NCBI GenBank assembly: GCA_027491415.1
Contig: JAOZFH010000056.1
Location: 1 to 64,000 of the forward strand
DNA from: Thermoproteota archaeon
Lineage (GTDB): Archaea > Korarchaeota > Korarchaeia > Korarchaeales > Korarchaeaceae
DNA length: 64,000 bases
Direction of reading: 5' to 3'
The notes below the pieces were generated by a model, which was not told the DNA's origin, made no database searches, and saw only the letters and a program-made list of their open reading frames with translations. Both the position numbers and the translations under genes were made by a program. This document shows, piece after piece, positions 10,022-18,307 of this stretch (the stretch's first letter is position 1; the number at the start of each line of letters is the position of its first letter).

Positions 10022-10041
10022 TTATAAAGGCTCCTTTATAA
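10022..10041. promoter_or_regulatory. Palindromic double-TATA element at the tbp promoter
   Basis: TTATAAAGG-CT-CCTTTATAA, a perfect 9-bp inverted repeat 22-41 bp upstream of the tbp ATG. Confidence 0.65.
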
Positions 10042-10042
10042 A

Positions 10043-10678
10043 TCACTCAGGGAGGCGCGACGGGTCTCCATGGTGAGATTCATCGCTGAACCCCGGTTCA
10101 GACTCCTGCGTCTGCTCGCCTTCTTCCTTAGTGGACGCCAAGAAGTCCCACACGATTAACAAGACCAGTGCCGACGCTATTGCCACCCTGACCAGTGGTT
10201 TCTGCAGGAAGAGGAGGAGATGCCCCATCTGAGGGACCGGTATGTGGAGGACGGGAACCCCCAGGATGAGTTCAGGCGGCACCCTGCCCCAGTCCGGCCT
10301 GGGATTGGTAACCGGGTTGTCCCCCTGGGTTACGAAGTAGGGCCTATCTCCCTCAGTCTCTATTCCAACTATCCTGTGGACGATCCTGCACCTCGGTGAG
10401 AAGTCTGGATCCGACTTGCACTGGGGCACGTTGGGATTCAGGAAAACTATCACGTCGCCGACCTTGAGGCTACTCGGATCGACGTGCTTCACCAAGAGGA
10501 TGTCCCCATCCTCATACGTCGGCTCCATTGAAGGACCGTGAACTACGGTGATCGGGGAATCGACCCCCATGGCCCGGGGAAGCACTACTCGAAAGAACAG
10601 GAAGAGAAGGGCGGCGACCGCTGCCAGTATCAGTAATTCCTTGAGGGGCCCTTTAACGTCGGGCATCTTCGGTATCAC
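10043..10678 (-). CDS. Signal peptidase I (S26, Sec11-type)
   Basis: TM anchor, GPSMEPT, GDVIVF, IVHRIV, TQGDN. Confidence 0.9.
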   Translation of the reverse strand: MIPKMPDVKGPLKELLILAAVAALLFLFFRVVLPRAMGVDSPITVVHGPSMEPTYEDGDILLVKHVDPSSLKVGDVIVFLNPNVPQCKSDPDFSPRCRIVHRIVGIETEGDRPYFVTQGDNPVTNPRPDWGRVPPELILGVPVLHIPVPQMGHLLLFLQKPLVRVAIASALVLLIVWDFLASTKEEGEQTQESEPGFSDESHHGDPSRLPE

Positions 10679-10681
10679 CCT

Positions 10682-10825
10682 TCAGATTGCCTTAACTCTC
10701 TTAGGAGTCTCTCTCCTCACCTTTCGGAGGATCCTGTAGCCGCACCTCGGACACTTGAAGACATTGAAGTACTCCTCCATCTCCTCCTTCGTGAAGACGT
10801 ACCCGCACCTGAGGCAGACGTACAT
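10682..10825 (-). CDS. rpoP: RNA polymerase subunit Rpo12/P (47 aa, absent from the ORF track)
   Basis: Manual translation MYVCLRCGYVFTKEEMEEYFNVFKCPRCGYRILRKVRRETPKRVKAI; zinc ribbon plus CxxCGYRILxK; GAGGAGG SD. Confidence 0.92.
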   Translation of the reverse strand: MYVCLRCGYVFTKEEMEEYFNVFKCPRCGYRILRKVRRETPKRVKAI

Positions 10826-10879
10826 CTTGGCCTCCTCTCGAGGGGCAAGACCTCATGGTGTAAAAACCTGTCGTCTCGC

Positions 10880-11875
10880 CTACTGACCCTCGGCTGACTC
10901 GCGGAAGGAGGCCATCTGCTTCTTCAGGTCCTCCGGAAGCTGCTCCAGCCAGAGCTTGTGGACCTTGGCGAGGAGTTCCTTGTACCTGTTTCGGACCGTG
11001 ACCTCGGTGACGCCCGCGGCCTGAGCAAGCTCTCTCTGAGTCTTGTGCTCACCGAACTCCTGGCTGGCCATGTATATGGCAGCCGCCGCAACGCCGACGG
11101 GCTCCCTCCCCATAGTCGCCCCCTGCTGACGGGCTATCTTCAGTATCCTGATGGCCTGGGTAGCCACCCTCTCGGGCAGCCCCAGCTTGGCGCATATTGC
11201 GTAGACGAAGTTCTCCGGCTTGGGAGGCGGTATCCTTATGCCCAGCTTCCTGAACAGGAAGCGAAAGCTCCTTCCCACCTCCTTCTCCTTCAAGTTGAAG
11301 AGTGAGGCGACCTCTTCCAGCGACCGAGGCACGTCCGTCCTCCTGCACGCCGCATAGATCACGGCGGCCACCATGGCGTCCATGCTCCTACCCTTCACCA
11401 GACCCTCACCGGCCGCCTTCCGATAGAGCATGGCGGCGTCCTCCACGGTCTCAGGAGGCAGGTTCAGGGTCTCGGCCGCGAGTCTTATCTTCCTGAGGGC
11501 TGGCTCCACCGCCTTTTCCCTAGCATCGCTGACGTGCCTGTGAGTCCTCCTGAGGGTCTGAACGGACTTCCTGCTCAATCCGCTGGTCATGGCAATGTCG
11601 GAGTCTAGGCCGTATCCGGATCGGGTTGGGGTTACTGGGGCCCCGGTGTGCGCCCTATCCATGTACTCATCGGCGTCGAAGGCCCTCCAGTCCTTATCCG
11701 TATCAACCATACCCGTGCTTAGAATCAACCCACAGCTCGCGCAGACCAGCTCCCCAGTGTTCGGGTCCTTGATTATCTGATCGCTCCCGCAGCGGGGACA
11801 GGTAAACTTTACCTCAGTAAACAGGCTCTCCTTATCGCTCTTCCGGCCACCCTCCAAGGGATCCCCACCATCCAT
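10880..11875 (-). CDS. tfb: Transcription initiation factor IIB
   Basis: CPRCGS..GELVCASCG zinc ribbon, WRAF B-reader, two cyclin repeats, TQRELAQAAGVTEVTVRNRY. Confidence 0.96.
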   Translation of the reverse strand: MDGGDPLEGGRKSDKESLFTEVKFTCPRCGSDQIIKDPNTGELVCASCGLILSTGMVDTDKDWRAFDADEYMDRAHTGAPVTPTRSGYGLDSDIAMTSGLSRKSVQTLRRTHRHVSDAREKAVEPALRKIRLAAETLNLPPETVEDAAMLYRKAAGEGLVKGRSMDAMVAAVIYAACRRTDVPRSLEEVASLFNLKEKEVGRSFRFLFRKLGIRIPPPKPENFVYAICAKLGLPERVATQAIRILKIARQQGATMGREPVGVAAAAIYMASQEFGEHKTQRELAQAAGVTEVTVRNRYKELLAKVHKLWLEQLPEDLKKQMASFRESAEGQ

Positions 11876-11879
11876 TTTC

Positions 11880-11903
11880 AAAGTTTTCGCTATATAAAAC
11901 TTT
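11880..11903. promoter_or_regulatory. Inverted repeat overlapping the tfb TATA box
   Basis: AAAGTTTT-CGCTATAT-AAAACTTT; the minus strand contains TTTTATATA. Confidence 0.55.
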
Positions 11904-11976
11904 CGTATGTGTTATAAAGAACTTTAGGCCTTCAGCGGGCCCGGGCCGCCCGTGGGCCGCATGCGCGCCGACTCTG

Positions 11977-12228
11977 CTACTTACCCAGCGACTGCAGGAG
12001 GCGGGTTATGGTCCCAGAAGTGAATGCCCCCAGCAGGGACTCCAAGAGCCCTTCCGTCACGTTCCTAGTGAAGGTGACGCCCAAGACGGTTGCAAGTGAC
12101 AGGACTGTCAAGCCCTTTATCCACCCGTTTGGTTCGGGGAGGGATGCGATGACGGCCGACACCAGCGCGCCCGTTGTGAAGGGGCTAGGGCCTCGGTTCC
12201 TTTTACTTGGCTTCATCGGAAACCTCAA
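11977..12228 (-). CDS. Small hydrophobic hypothetical protein (uncertain)
   Basis: Short ORF with 2-3 hydrophobic stretches; no recognisable family. Confidence 0.35.
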   Translation of the reverse strand: MRFPMKPSKRNRGPSPFTTGALVSAVIASLPEPNGWIKGLTVLSLATVLGVTFTRNVTEGLLESLLGAFTSGTITRLLQSLGK

Positions 12229-12462
12229 AACTATGAATGCCGCATCCAGTGAGACCGGTGTCTCTTTGGGGAAGTTTTCTCTGAATTCACTTCAGATTAA
12301 CGTTCCCTCTGCAATCCCAGGATTGGACATTAAGCATTCAAATGGGGAGTTCATCAAAAGTGTGGGTTGAACCTCGTCCTCTAGACGTTTTACTTCGTTA
12401 GGCGAGTTCGCATTCGTCTACAGGACCCTAGGATTTATAGTTACGCCAAATGGAAGGTCTAA

Positions 12463-12891
12463 GTGCCTCTTCCCTACAGTGACAGATTCAAAGACGGGCG
12501 CGGCAAGCTCATACCAGTCGGAGAGTATAGGCTCGATCGGGTTTACTCCGTCGGGGTTGTCAGAATCGCGAGGTACTCCAGGAAAGCGACTACAGCCTCT
12601 GGCGAGAGGGCCAGCGAGATAGTCCTGTGGGATGCCGAGGGCATTGGCGCCTGGAAGAAGCTGCCCCTACCCGCCACGAGGGCTAGAGTGTATGTGGAGA
12701 AGAGGTTCTACAGAGTTAGATGGCTGCCCTATCGAAGTGTGGCGAGCAGGAAGTGGCCGCACCAAATGTTAGACGGGAGGTTTCTCATTGCGAGACCGGA
12801 GGCTGAAGCTTACGTTCTCATAGTGGCAGACAGGGTCTTCAAAGAGGCGTGGGCATATGGTCCTAGGGGAAAGCGAGGCCCTTTAACCTGA
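12463..12891 (+). CDS. Basic hypothetical protein
   Basis: 142-aa ORF preceded by TTTATAG at about 12434; no recognisable family. Confidence 0.55.
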   Translation: MPLPYSDRFKDGRGKLIPVGEYRLDRVYSVGVVRIARYSRKATTASGERASEIVLWDAEGIGAWKKLPLPATRARVYVEKRFYRVRWLPYRSVASRKWPHQMLDGRFLIARPEAEAYVLIVADRVFKEAWAYGPRGKRGPLT

Positions 12892-12919
12892 CGCAGATCA
12901 GACCGGCTCAGACAAACTG

Positions 12920-12927
12920 TTTATAAC
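12920..12927 (+). promoter_or_regulatory. TATA box of tRNA-Pro
   Basis: TTTATAAC about 30 bp upstream of the tRNA 5' end. Confidence 0.6.
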
Positions 12928-12955
12928 CAGAGCTGGGACGAGATGGTTTGGCCGT

Positions 12956-13032
12956 GGGGCCGTGGTCTAGCTTGGTAGGATGCCAGCCTGGGGCGCTGGT
13001 GGTCCCGGGTTCAAATCCCGGCGGCCCCACCA
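12956..13032 (+). tRNA. tRNA-Pro(GGG)
   Basis: Cloverleaf; anticodon arm CCAGC-CTGGGGC-GCTGG; GTTCAAATC T-loop; encoded CCA. Confidence 0.96.
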
Positions 13033-13038
13033 CCTAGC

Positions 13039-14616
13039 TCAAGTCTTCTTGTTGAGAAACTCCGCCAGCAGCGCCCTATCCGACACGAGACCCGTCACGA
13101 GGACGCAACCCCTGTCGCCAACCCTGACAGACTTGGGAGCGCCTTTCACTAGGCAAGTTGGGCCCTCGCGGATCGGGTAGGCCACCCTGGCGCCCCTGTG
13201 GAAGTTGGACGAGAAGATGACCTCGAGCCTCTTTCCCATCATCCCGCGCTTGCGGGCGACGTTGAGCCTCCTAGCCGTTGACTCTATGAGCGCAGAGGCC
13301 CTGTCTTCTCTGGCAGGTGGGCCCGGCTGAAGGGACTCGAAGGCCGAACCCGGGAGGGGCTTGAACCTGTAGACGGTGAATTTCTCGACCCCGGCCCTGT
13401 AGAGCCTCTCCATCATCTCCACGGTAGCCCTAGCCGTCGCCATCGACTGCCCTGGGAGGCCGTGGATGAAGTACGCGTATACCCTCAGGCCGGCCTCCGC
13501 CGCCGCCTTAACCCTCTCCTCAGCGAGTGTCGAGCTGCAGGGCCTCCCCAGGATCCTCGCGTGAGAGTCGTCCCCCGTCTCGATCCCCACGTGAACGACG
13601 GAGTTTGGCAGGTAGTGCGAGAGCAGAGATACCGCCTCGTCGGTCAAGAGACAGGGTTTAACGTTCTCAATCCCCACGTAGACCTCGCCGTCCCTCACCT
13701 GCGGTATTGACGCTATTGACCGCAGGAGATCCTCGACGGCACCCAGGTTCGGTCCCGGCTCACACGGGTGTAACGCCCCTCCCTCCCGATCCCGCCCGTA
13801 ATCGAGAAAGTCGGCGCCGCTTAGTATGATCCGCTGAGCGCCCAGCGCTATCAGGCTCTCGACCTCGCGCACAACGTTGGAGATGTCCTTGGACTTGGGT
13901 GCACCGTACGTTGCTGGAATCGAGCAGTAACCGCATCCAGGAGGTATCCCTTGGGGACATACTTCCAGCGGCGGCCTGCTTCCGAGACAGGCTCCACAGA
14001 CATCGCAGATTTTTCGATCTGCCGTCAGCGCCGGTCTAATGAAATTTGAACAGCCTCTTTCGACCTCAACGTAAACCCGAGCGTAGCGGTAGTGGGGTCG
14101 GGATCTGTAGTGCCTGACTGCCTCCGTCGACGGTGAGAAAGAGTTGAATTCACCGGGGGTTAACCTTCTCCTCGGTCCCGCCACCACTCTGCCCCCGCGG
14201 TTCAGCAGCAAATTCGGGATATCGGGGGTTAGGCGGCTCGGTTCTGAAAGTCCGCTAGCCTCAATTACCCGCGCCAGCGCCGCCTCGCCTTCACCCCAGA
14301 TCCCGAAGTCGTACCCTAGCCTAGAGACGACGGTGGGGTCGTTGGTTATCGGCCCACCCAAGACCTTGACGGCCCTACGATGGCGGGCCGCCAGCCGCCG
14401 AGCGGCCGGCGCGTCCATGGTCATAGCGCTGACCATCAGGACGTCAAACTCCCTAGCTTTGGATATCAAGGCGTCCTCAGCGGTGACCAACCTGTATTCA
14501 ATTCCGAACGTCTCTAGAATCCCGGCAATCTGCCTAGGTCCTGCCCCGATCACGTCAATGGAGGATCTCCTTCTGCCTGAGCCTGAAGCAAGCGCGTCGA
14601 CCAAGAGTACCTTCAT
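13039..14616 (-). CDS. B12-binding-domain radical SAM protein with split cysteine motif
   Basis: N-terminal Rossmann-like B12 domain (VLGGPI, WGEGE), VEVERGC...GCGYC, GIETGD, YFIHGLPGQ; possible TRAM-like C-terminus. Confidence 0.85.
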   Translation of the reverse strand: MKVLLVDALASGSGRRRSSIDVIGAGPRQIAGILETFGIEYRLVTAEDALISKAREFDVLMVSAMTMDAPAARRLAARHRRAVKVLGGPITNDPTVVSRLGYDFGIWGEGEAALARVIEASGLSEPSRLTPDIPNLLLNRGGRVVAGPRRRLTPGEFNSFSPSTEAVRHYRSRPHYRYARVYVEVERGCSNFIRPALTADRKICDVCGACLGSRPPLEVCPQGIPPGCGYCSIPATYGAPKSKDISNVVREVESLIALGAQRIILSGADFLDYGRDREGGALHPCEPGPNLGAVEDLLRSIASIPQVRDGEVYVGIENVKPCLLTDEAVSLLSHYLPNSVVHVGIETGDDSHARILGRPCSSTLAEERVKAAAEAGLRVYAYFIHGLPGQSMATARATVEMMERLYRAGVEKFTVYRFKPLPGSAFESLQPGPPAREDRASALIESTARRLNVARKRGMMGKRLEVIFSSNFHRGARVAYPIREGPTCLVKGAPKSVRVGDRGCVLVTGLVSDRALLAEFLNKKT

Positions 14617-14666
14617 CCGGGTGGAGCGCCCTCCTGGATTATATTCAGGTGGCGGCCGTAACGGAG

Positions 14667-15221
14667 ATGTTGCTAAAGGGAGATGAGCTCATCGTCGACG
14701 TCAGGCTCAGAGACGAGTGCAGGGCTATATTGGCCAAACCCAGAGGCCCGTTGCGGGGGTCTCTGGGGGCCGAGGTATTCAGAGGCTGCAGTCTCATCGT
14801 GGCCGTTGGTGACAGGGTCTCGGCGAGCATGGTAGAGGCGGGGGTTGAACCCGACGTGGCCATAGTGGACATGATGGAGAAGAGGGAGAAGGTCGACTTG
14901 CCAGCCCTCCTTCTGGGGAGGAGGGTCATTGAGACAGGAAATCCCGCGGGCACGATAACCAGAGAGGCCTGGAGGTCCGTGAAGGACGCGATTGCCTCCG
15001 CGATCGGGGGGGAGAGGGTCACCGTATTGGTCGATGGAGAGGAGGATCTGCTGGGCTTCCCCGCGGTTATCCTCTCACCCACGGACGCGGCGGTAGTCTA
15101 CGGGCAGCCAGGGCGGGGGGCTGTGGTGGTTAGAGTCGATGAAGGGAGGAGGGCAGAGGCCGTAGAGCTGCTCGAGAGGTGCTTCGAGCCGTGTGGGCAT
15201 CAGGGGGGACTGGAGTGCTGA
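14667..15221 (+). CDS. GTP-dependent dephospho-CoA kinase (DUF359)
   Basis: AVGDRVS, PDVAIVD, NPAGTIT, VDGEEDL, VVYGQPGRG. Confidence 0.88.
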   Translation: MLLKGDELIVDVRLRDECRAILAKPRGPLRGSLGAEVFRGCSLIVAVGDRVSASMVEAGVEPDVAIVDMMEKREKVDLPALLLGRRVIETGNPAGTITREAWRSVKDAIASAIGGERVTVLVDGEEDLLGFPAVILSPTDAAVVYGQPGRGAVVVRVDEGRRAEAVELLERCFEPCGHQGGLEC

Positions 15222-16027
15222 GGGTTCGACCGATAGGTCCGATAGATCCCCCAATCGGAATCGGAGAGGACTACTTGGCCCGACTCGATCAGGAACTCGA
15301 TTACAGGGGCATCCACCTCTCGGACGGGGAGGTAATAGCGGTAGCCAGCAAGGTCGTCTCCTACAGTCAGGGGAGGGTGGTCCCCATCAGCCGGTGGTCT
15401 GAGGTTAGCGACCTAGCTAAGCGGATCGCTGAACACTACGGGGCGGAACCCTGGAAGACTTCCGCCGTTCTCGAAGAGGCGGACCTTCTCTTGGGCGGGT
15501 ACAGAGGGTACCTGTTCACCTACAAGAACGGAATACCGGTGGGCTCGGCCGGTATCGATCGATCTAACTCACCTCCGGGCTACGTGGTTCTCCATCCCGT
15601 CGATCCGGACGGGGAGGCCAGGAGGATAGTTGAGTGGTTCCTAGACCGCCGGGGTGTGGCTGTGGGGGCGATCATCGTGGACAGCAGGCTCACGCTGTTC
15701 AGGAGGGGGGTCATAGGGGTAGCGCTGGGTGTGTGGGGGCTGAATCCCCTTCGGGACCTTAGGGGAAAACCGGACATCTACGGGAAGCCTCTCAGGTTCA
15801 CGGTCGTAAACGTGGCCGACAGTCTGGCGGCCTCGGCGGCGCTGGTGATGGGAGAGTCGGCCGAGAAGATCCCCTTCGTCCTGATCGATTGGGAGGGGGT
15901 TGAGCCGGATCCCGGCCGCGGGGGGGAGGATTTGAGGGTTGAACCCGGGGAGTGCTACATCTATAACTCGCTCCTTAACCCTCCCCCGAGGTCTCTCTTG
16001 GGAGGGAGTGATGCCTCAGACGGATGA
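15215..16027 (+). CDS. cofE: CofE-family (F420-0:gamma-glutamyl ligase-like) protein
   Basis: ASKVVS, AGIDRSN, DPDGEA, DSR..FRRG, DLRGKPDIYG, AD.LAASAALVMGE. Confidence 0.82.
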   Translation: MLRVRPIGPIDPPIGIGEDYLARLDQELDYRGIHLSDGEVIAVASKVVSYSQGRVVPISRWSEVSDLAKRIAEHYGAEPWKTSAVLEEADLLLGGYRGYLFTYKNGIPVGSAGIDRSNSPPGYVVLHPVDPDGEARRIVEWFLDRRGVAVGAIIVDSRLTLFRRGVIGVALGVWGLNPLRDLRGKPDIYGKPLRFTVVNVADSLAASAALVMGESAEKIPFVLIDWEGVEPDPGRGGEDLRVEPGECYIYNSLLNPPPRSLLGGSDASDG

Positions 16028-17741
16028 ACTGATGTCTGCGGAATGATCTGTACTCAGCCGCAGATAGGATGGCTTTTCCAACGGCCAGAACGTTGTCGCT
16101 GCAGTCTACGACTATAACTTCGCTTCCGGGCCTTATCTCCGGATCAACCTCCTTGACGAACTTCACGAACACCGTCGTGCCCCTGGCCACCCTATCGGCG
16201 TACTCGTCCCTCACCACAACCCTCCCCTTTGGCCACGGAAGGGCCTTGATCAGCCTGATCGCTCCTTCTAAAGAGGGGACGAACATGCCGTCAGCCGGCC
16301 TTATGCTACCCACCCTAGTCTCTCCGTCGTACACATCGCGGGGCATTCCAGTCGCCCTCGACCGAGTGAGCCGAAGAGATCGAAAGGCTGCCGGTGCTTT
16401 AACGCCAAACTGATACTGGAGAATGGCTGAGATCAGTTCCGAGTCACTGGGGGACGCCGAGGGCTCGGTCCAACCCGGGACAATGGACTGTCCGAATGGA
16501 TACGTGTATCTGAGGCCGATGGGCACCTTGCCAAAAATAGGGTGCTCGAAGACCCGACCTCCCGCGGAAACCCTCTTCAAAGCCTTCTTAGCTCGAATGA
16601 TCTCGGGTCTGTGCTCGGACTCGGGCCCGGAGTAGAAGAGGCCGTGGAATTTGGTGAACGGCTCCCTCTCCTCCAGGATGTCCCGGTACTTCGAGAGTGC
16701 CCACTGGAGGGCCTCTAAGAGTCGCGGGTGGGCTCTTACCCTCTCCTGAACGAGTTCCCACAGCCACTGGCCCCTTATTGCCTCTCTGATCAGCCTCATC
16801 TCGCTCAGCAGGACGTGGAGGTTATGCTTTGATAGCAACGAGACCCTCTCCGCCTTGGGGAGGGATTTTATCTCCCTGGGGGTCCAGTTCGAGCAGACGG
16901 GGCAATCGCAGGGAAACTCTTCAAGCTCGTCTAAGAGGAGGGTTCCGTGTGGAGTCATGTACCGCCCACTCTCCGCGAACAGGGCGTAAGAGGCTGAATC
17001 AAAGCTGTCTGCCCCCAGCGCTGTGAACAGGGCCAGCGCCGATGGGAGGCCAACCCCCCAGAAGTGTATCGGCCTACCAGCCGGGAGCCACCTTCTGATT
17101 GTGAGGAGGAGATCGACCTGGACCTTGAAGTCGTAGGTCTCCAGGGCCACCTTAAGAGAGCCGGCGCCGTAGTAGTCGAACCCTAGGGCGGCCATCTCCC
17201 TGGCGGTGTACCCTATCAGGTCCCAATGGGTGGATCCCTGCGGGGTTCCAATCCAGAGGGTGCCTTGGAGTTCGTCCCTGTGCTCTCTCCACTCCCTCGC
17301 GCTGCGGACGGTCATCCTCACGCCATCGAGGGCTTCCCTCCTGGGGAGGTGGGATGCCATGGGAACGTCCACTATTGACGCGACGTCCGATCCTATGGCG
17401 TGCTGGAACCTGAGCATGTCTAGGTTGGTGGCCTCTATCCCGCCGAACCTGTAGATCTGGTAGGCACCCGAGTCCGTGAATACTATGCCGTCGAATCCAA
17501 GCAGGCCGTGGACGCCCCGTTCCAGGGCTACCTCTCTCAGGCGCGGGGTCCTCCATATTATGTAGGAGTTCGTGAATATCGCCTGGGCGCCCACCCTCCT
17601 CATCTCCGAGGGCGAGACGTAGGGCTTGTTGGGATTGTACACTGGTAGGAATGCGGGGAGTCTGAGCTTTCCGCTCTTCGTCTCGAGCTCAGCGAGCCTA
17701 GCTGAAGCGTCGGATGCCCTCACTCTTAAGTCTCCCAGCAT
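15975..17741 (-). CDS. tgtA: Archaeosine tRNA-guanine(15) transglycosylase
   Basis: TDSGAYQ, DSFDSASY, CDCPVC, HNLHV, C-terminal PUA domain. Confidence 0.95.
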   Translation of the reverse strand: MLGDLRVRASDASARLAELETKSGKLRLPAFLPVYNPNKPYVSPSEMRRVGAQAIFTNSYIIWRTPRLREVALERGVHGLLGFDGIVFTDSGAYQIYRFGGIEATNLDMLRFQHAIGSDVASIVDVPMASHLPRREALDGVRMTVRSAREWREHRDELQGTLWIGTPQGSTHWDLIGYTAREMAALGFDYYGAGSLKVALETYDFKVQVDLLLTIRRWLPAGRPIHFWGVGLPSALALFTALGADSFDSASYALFAESGRYMTPHGTLLLDELEEFPCDCPVCSNWTPREIKSLPKAERVSLLSKHNLHVLLSEMRLIREAIRGQWLWELVQERVRAHPRLLEALQWALSKYRDILEEREPFTKFHGLFYSGPESEHRPEIIRAKKALKRVSAGGRVFEHPIFGKVPIGLRYTYPFGQSIVPGWTEPSASPSDSELISAILQYQFGVKAPAAFRSLRLTRSRATGMPRDVYDGETRVGSIRPADGMFVPSLEGAIRLIKALPWPKGRVVVRDEYADRVARGTTVFVKFVKEVDPEIRPGSEVIVVDCSDNVLAVGKAILSAAEYRSFRRHQFIRLRHHSLPRETSGEG

Positions 17742-17794
17742 GCGGATTCCTAGCGATGGAACTACGGGGAAAATAAATGAAGGGGGGCGGGGGG

Positions 17795-18031
17795 TTATGC
17801 GTCGTAGCCGTCGCCGTGGTTCTCAAGGAAAAGAAGTCCCTTTTTGGTGATGAAGACTCGTTCCCCTCTGAACCTCCTCTGCCGTGCGATCCAACCCATC
17901 TCTGACAAGAAGCCCAGGACTTGCTCCCTGTCCACCCTGCTTGGGATTAGTTCAGAGGCGACAACACCTTCGTCACCGGCGTAAGCCAGTCGCCGGAGAA
18001 TCTTCAGGTGTGCGTTCAGTATTATCCTCAA
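17795..18031 (-). CDS. Small winged-helix DNA-binding protein
   Basis: LGFLSEMGWI...VFITKKGLLFL wing motif. Confidence 0.55.
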   Translation of the reverse strand: MRIILNAHLKILRRLAYAGDEGVVASELIPSRVDREQVLGFLSEMGWIARQRRFRGERVFITKKGLLFLENHGDGYDA

Positions 18032-18077
18032 TTTCCCCCACCGGGCACACTTTTTGGACGTTTAAGCCCGGGAGACG

Positions 18078-18093
18078 CCGCCCATATGGGCGG
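18078..18093. repeat. Perfect 16-bp palindrome CCGCCCATATGGGCGG
   Basis: Self-reverse-complementary; lies in the divergent intergenic region upstream of the wHTH gene. Confidence 0.7.
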
Positions 18094-18134
18094 GACGACG
18101 TTACTATACGGCCCCAAATAAAAAGATTCACGCT

Positions 18135-18270
18135 CTGAGTTCGGCTCGACCGAGGGCGGTGGGAGATCACACAGATCGTCCAAGGCGGATCGCTGGTCTG
18201 GTGTTCGAGGCGCTGCTTAGTTTGGCCTAGCGGCTGCGGGAGGTTCGTCTCCTGACGATGGAGGGCTCAG
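18135..18270 (+). ncRNA. Candidate structured non-coding RNA or leader
   Basis: Terminal helix CTGAGTTC/GGGCTCAG, three internal hairpins, followed by ACAC-TTTTT. Confidence 0.3.
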
Positions 18271-18307
18271 GTCACACTTTTTGACTGCGAAGTTCACGTC
18301 CTCCTTG

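Noticed and set aside
12240-12460. TCCAGTG / CAAATGG motifs as origin recognition boxes
   Set aside because: They do not form repeated ORB consensus with G-strings, and there is no adjacent cdc6 or clear unwinding element
12980-13180. Short ORFs overlapping tRNA genes (also 30248, 38506, 39111, 52979 and the 5' part of 60620-60973)
   Set aside because: They are translations of tRNA sequence
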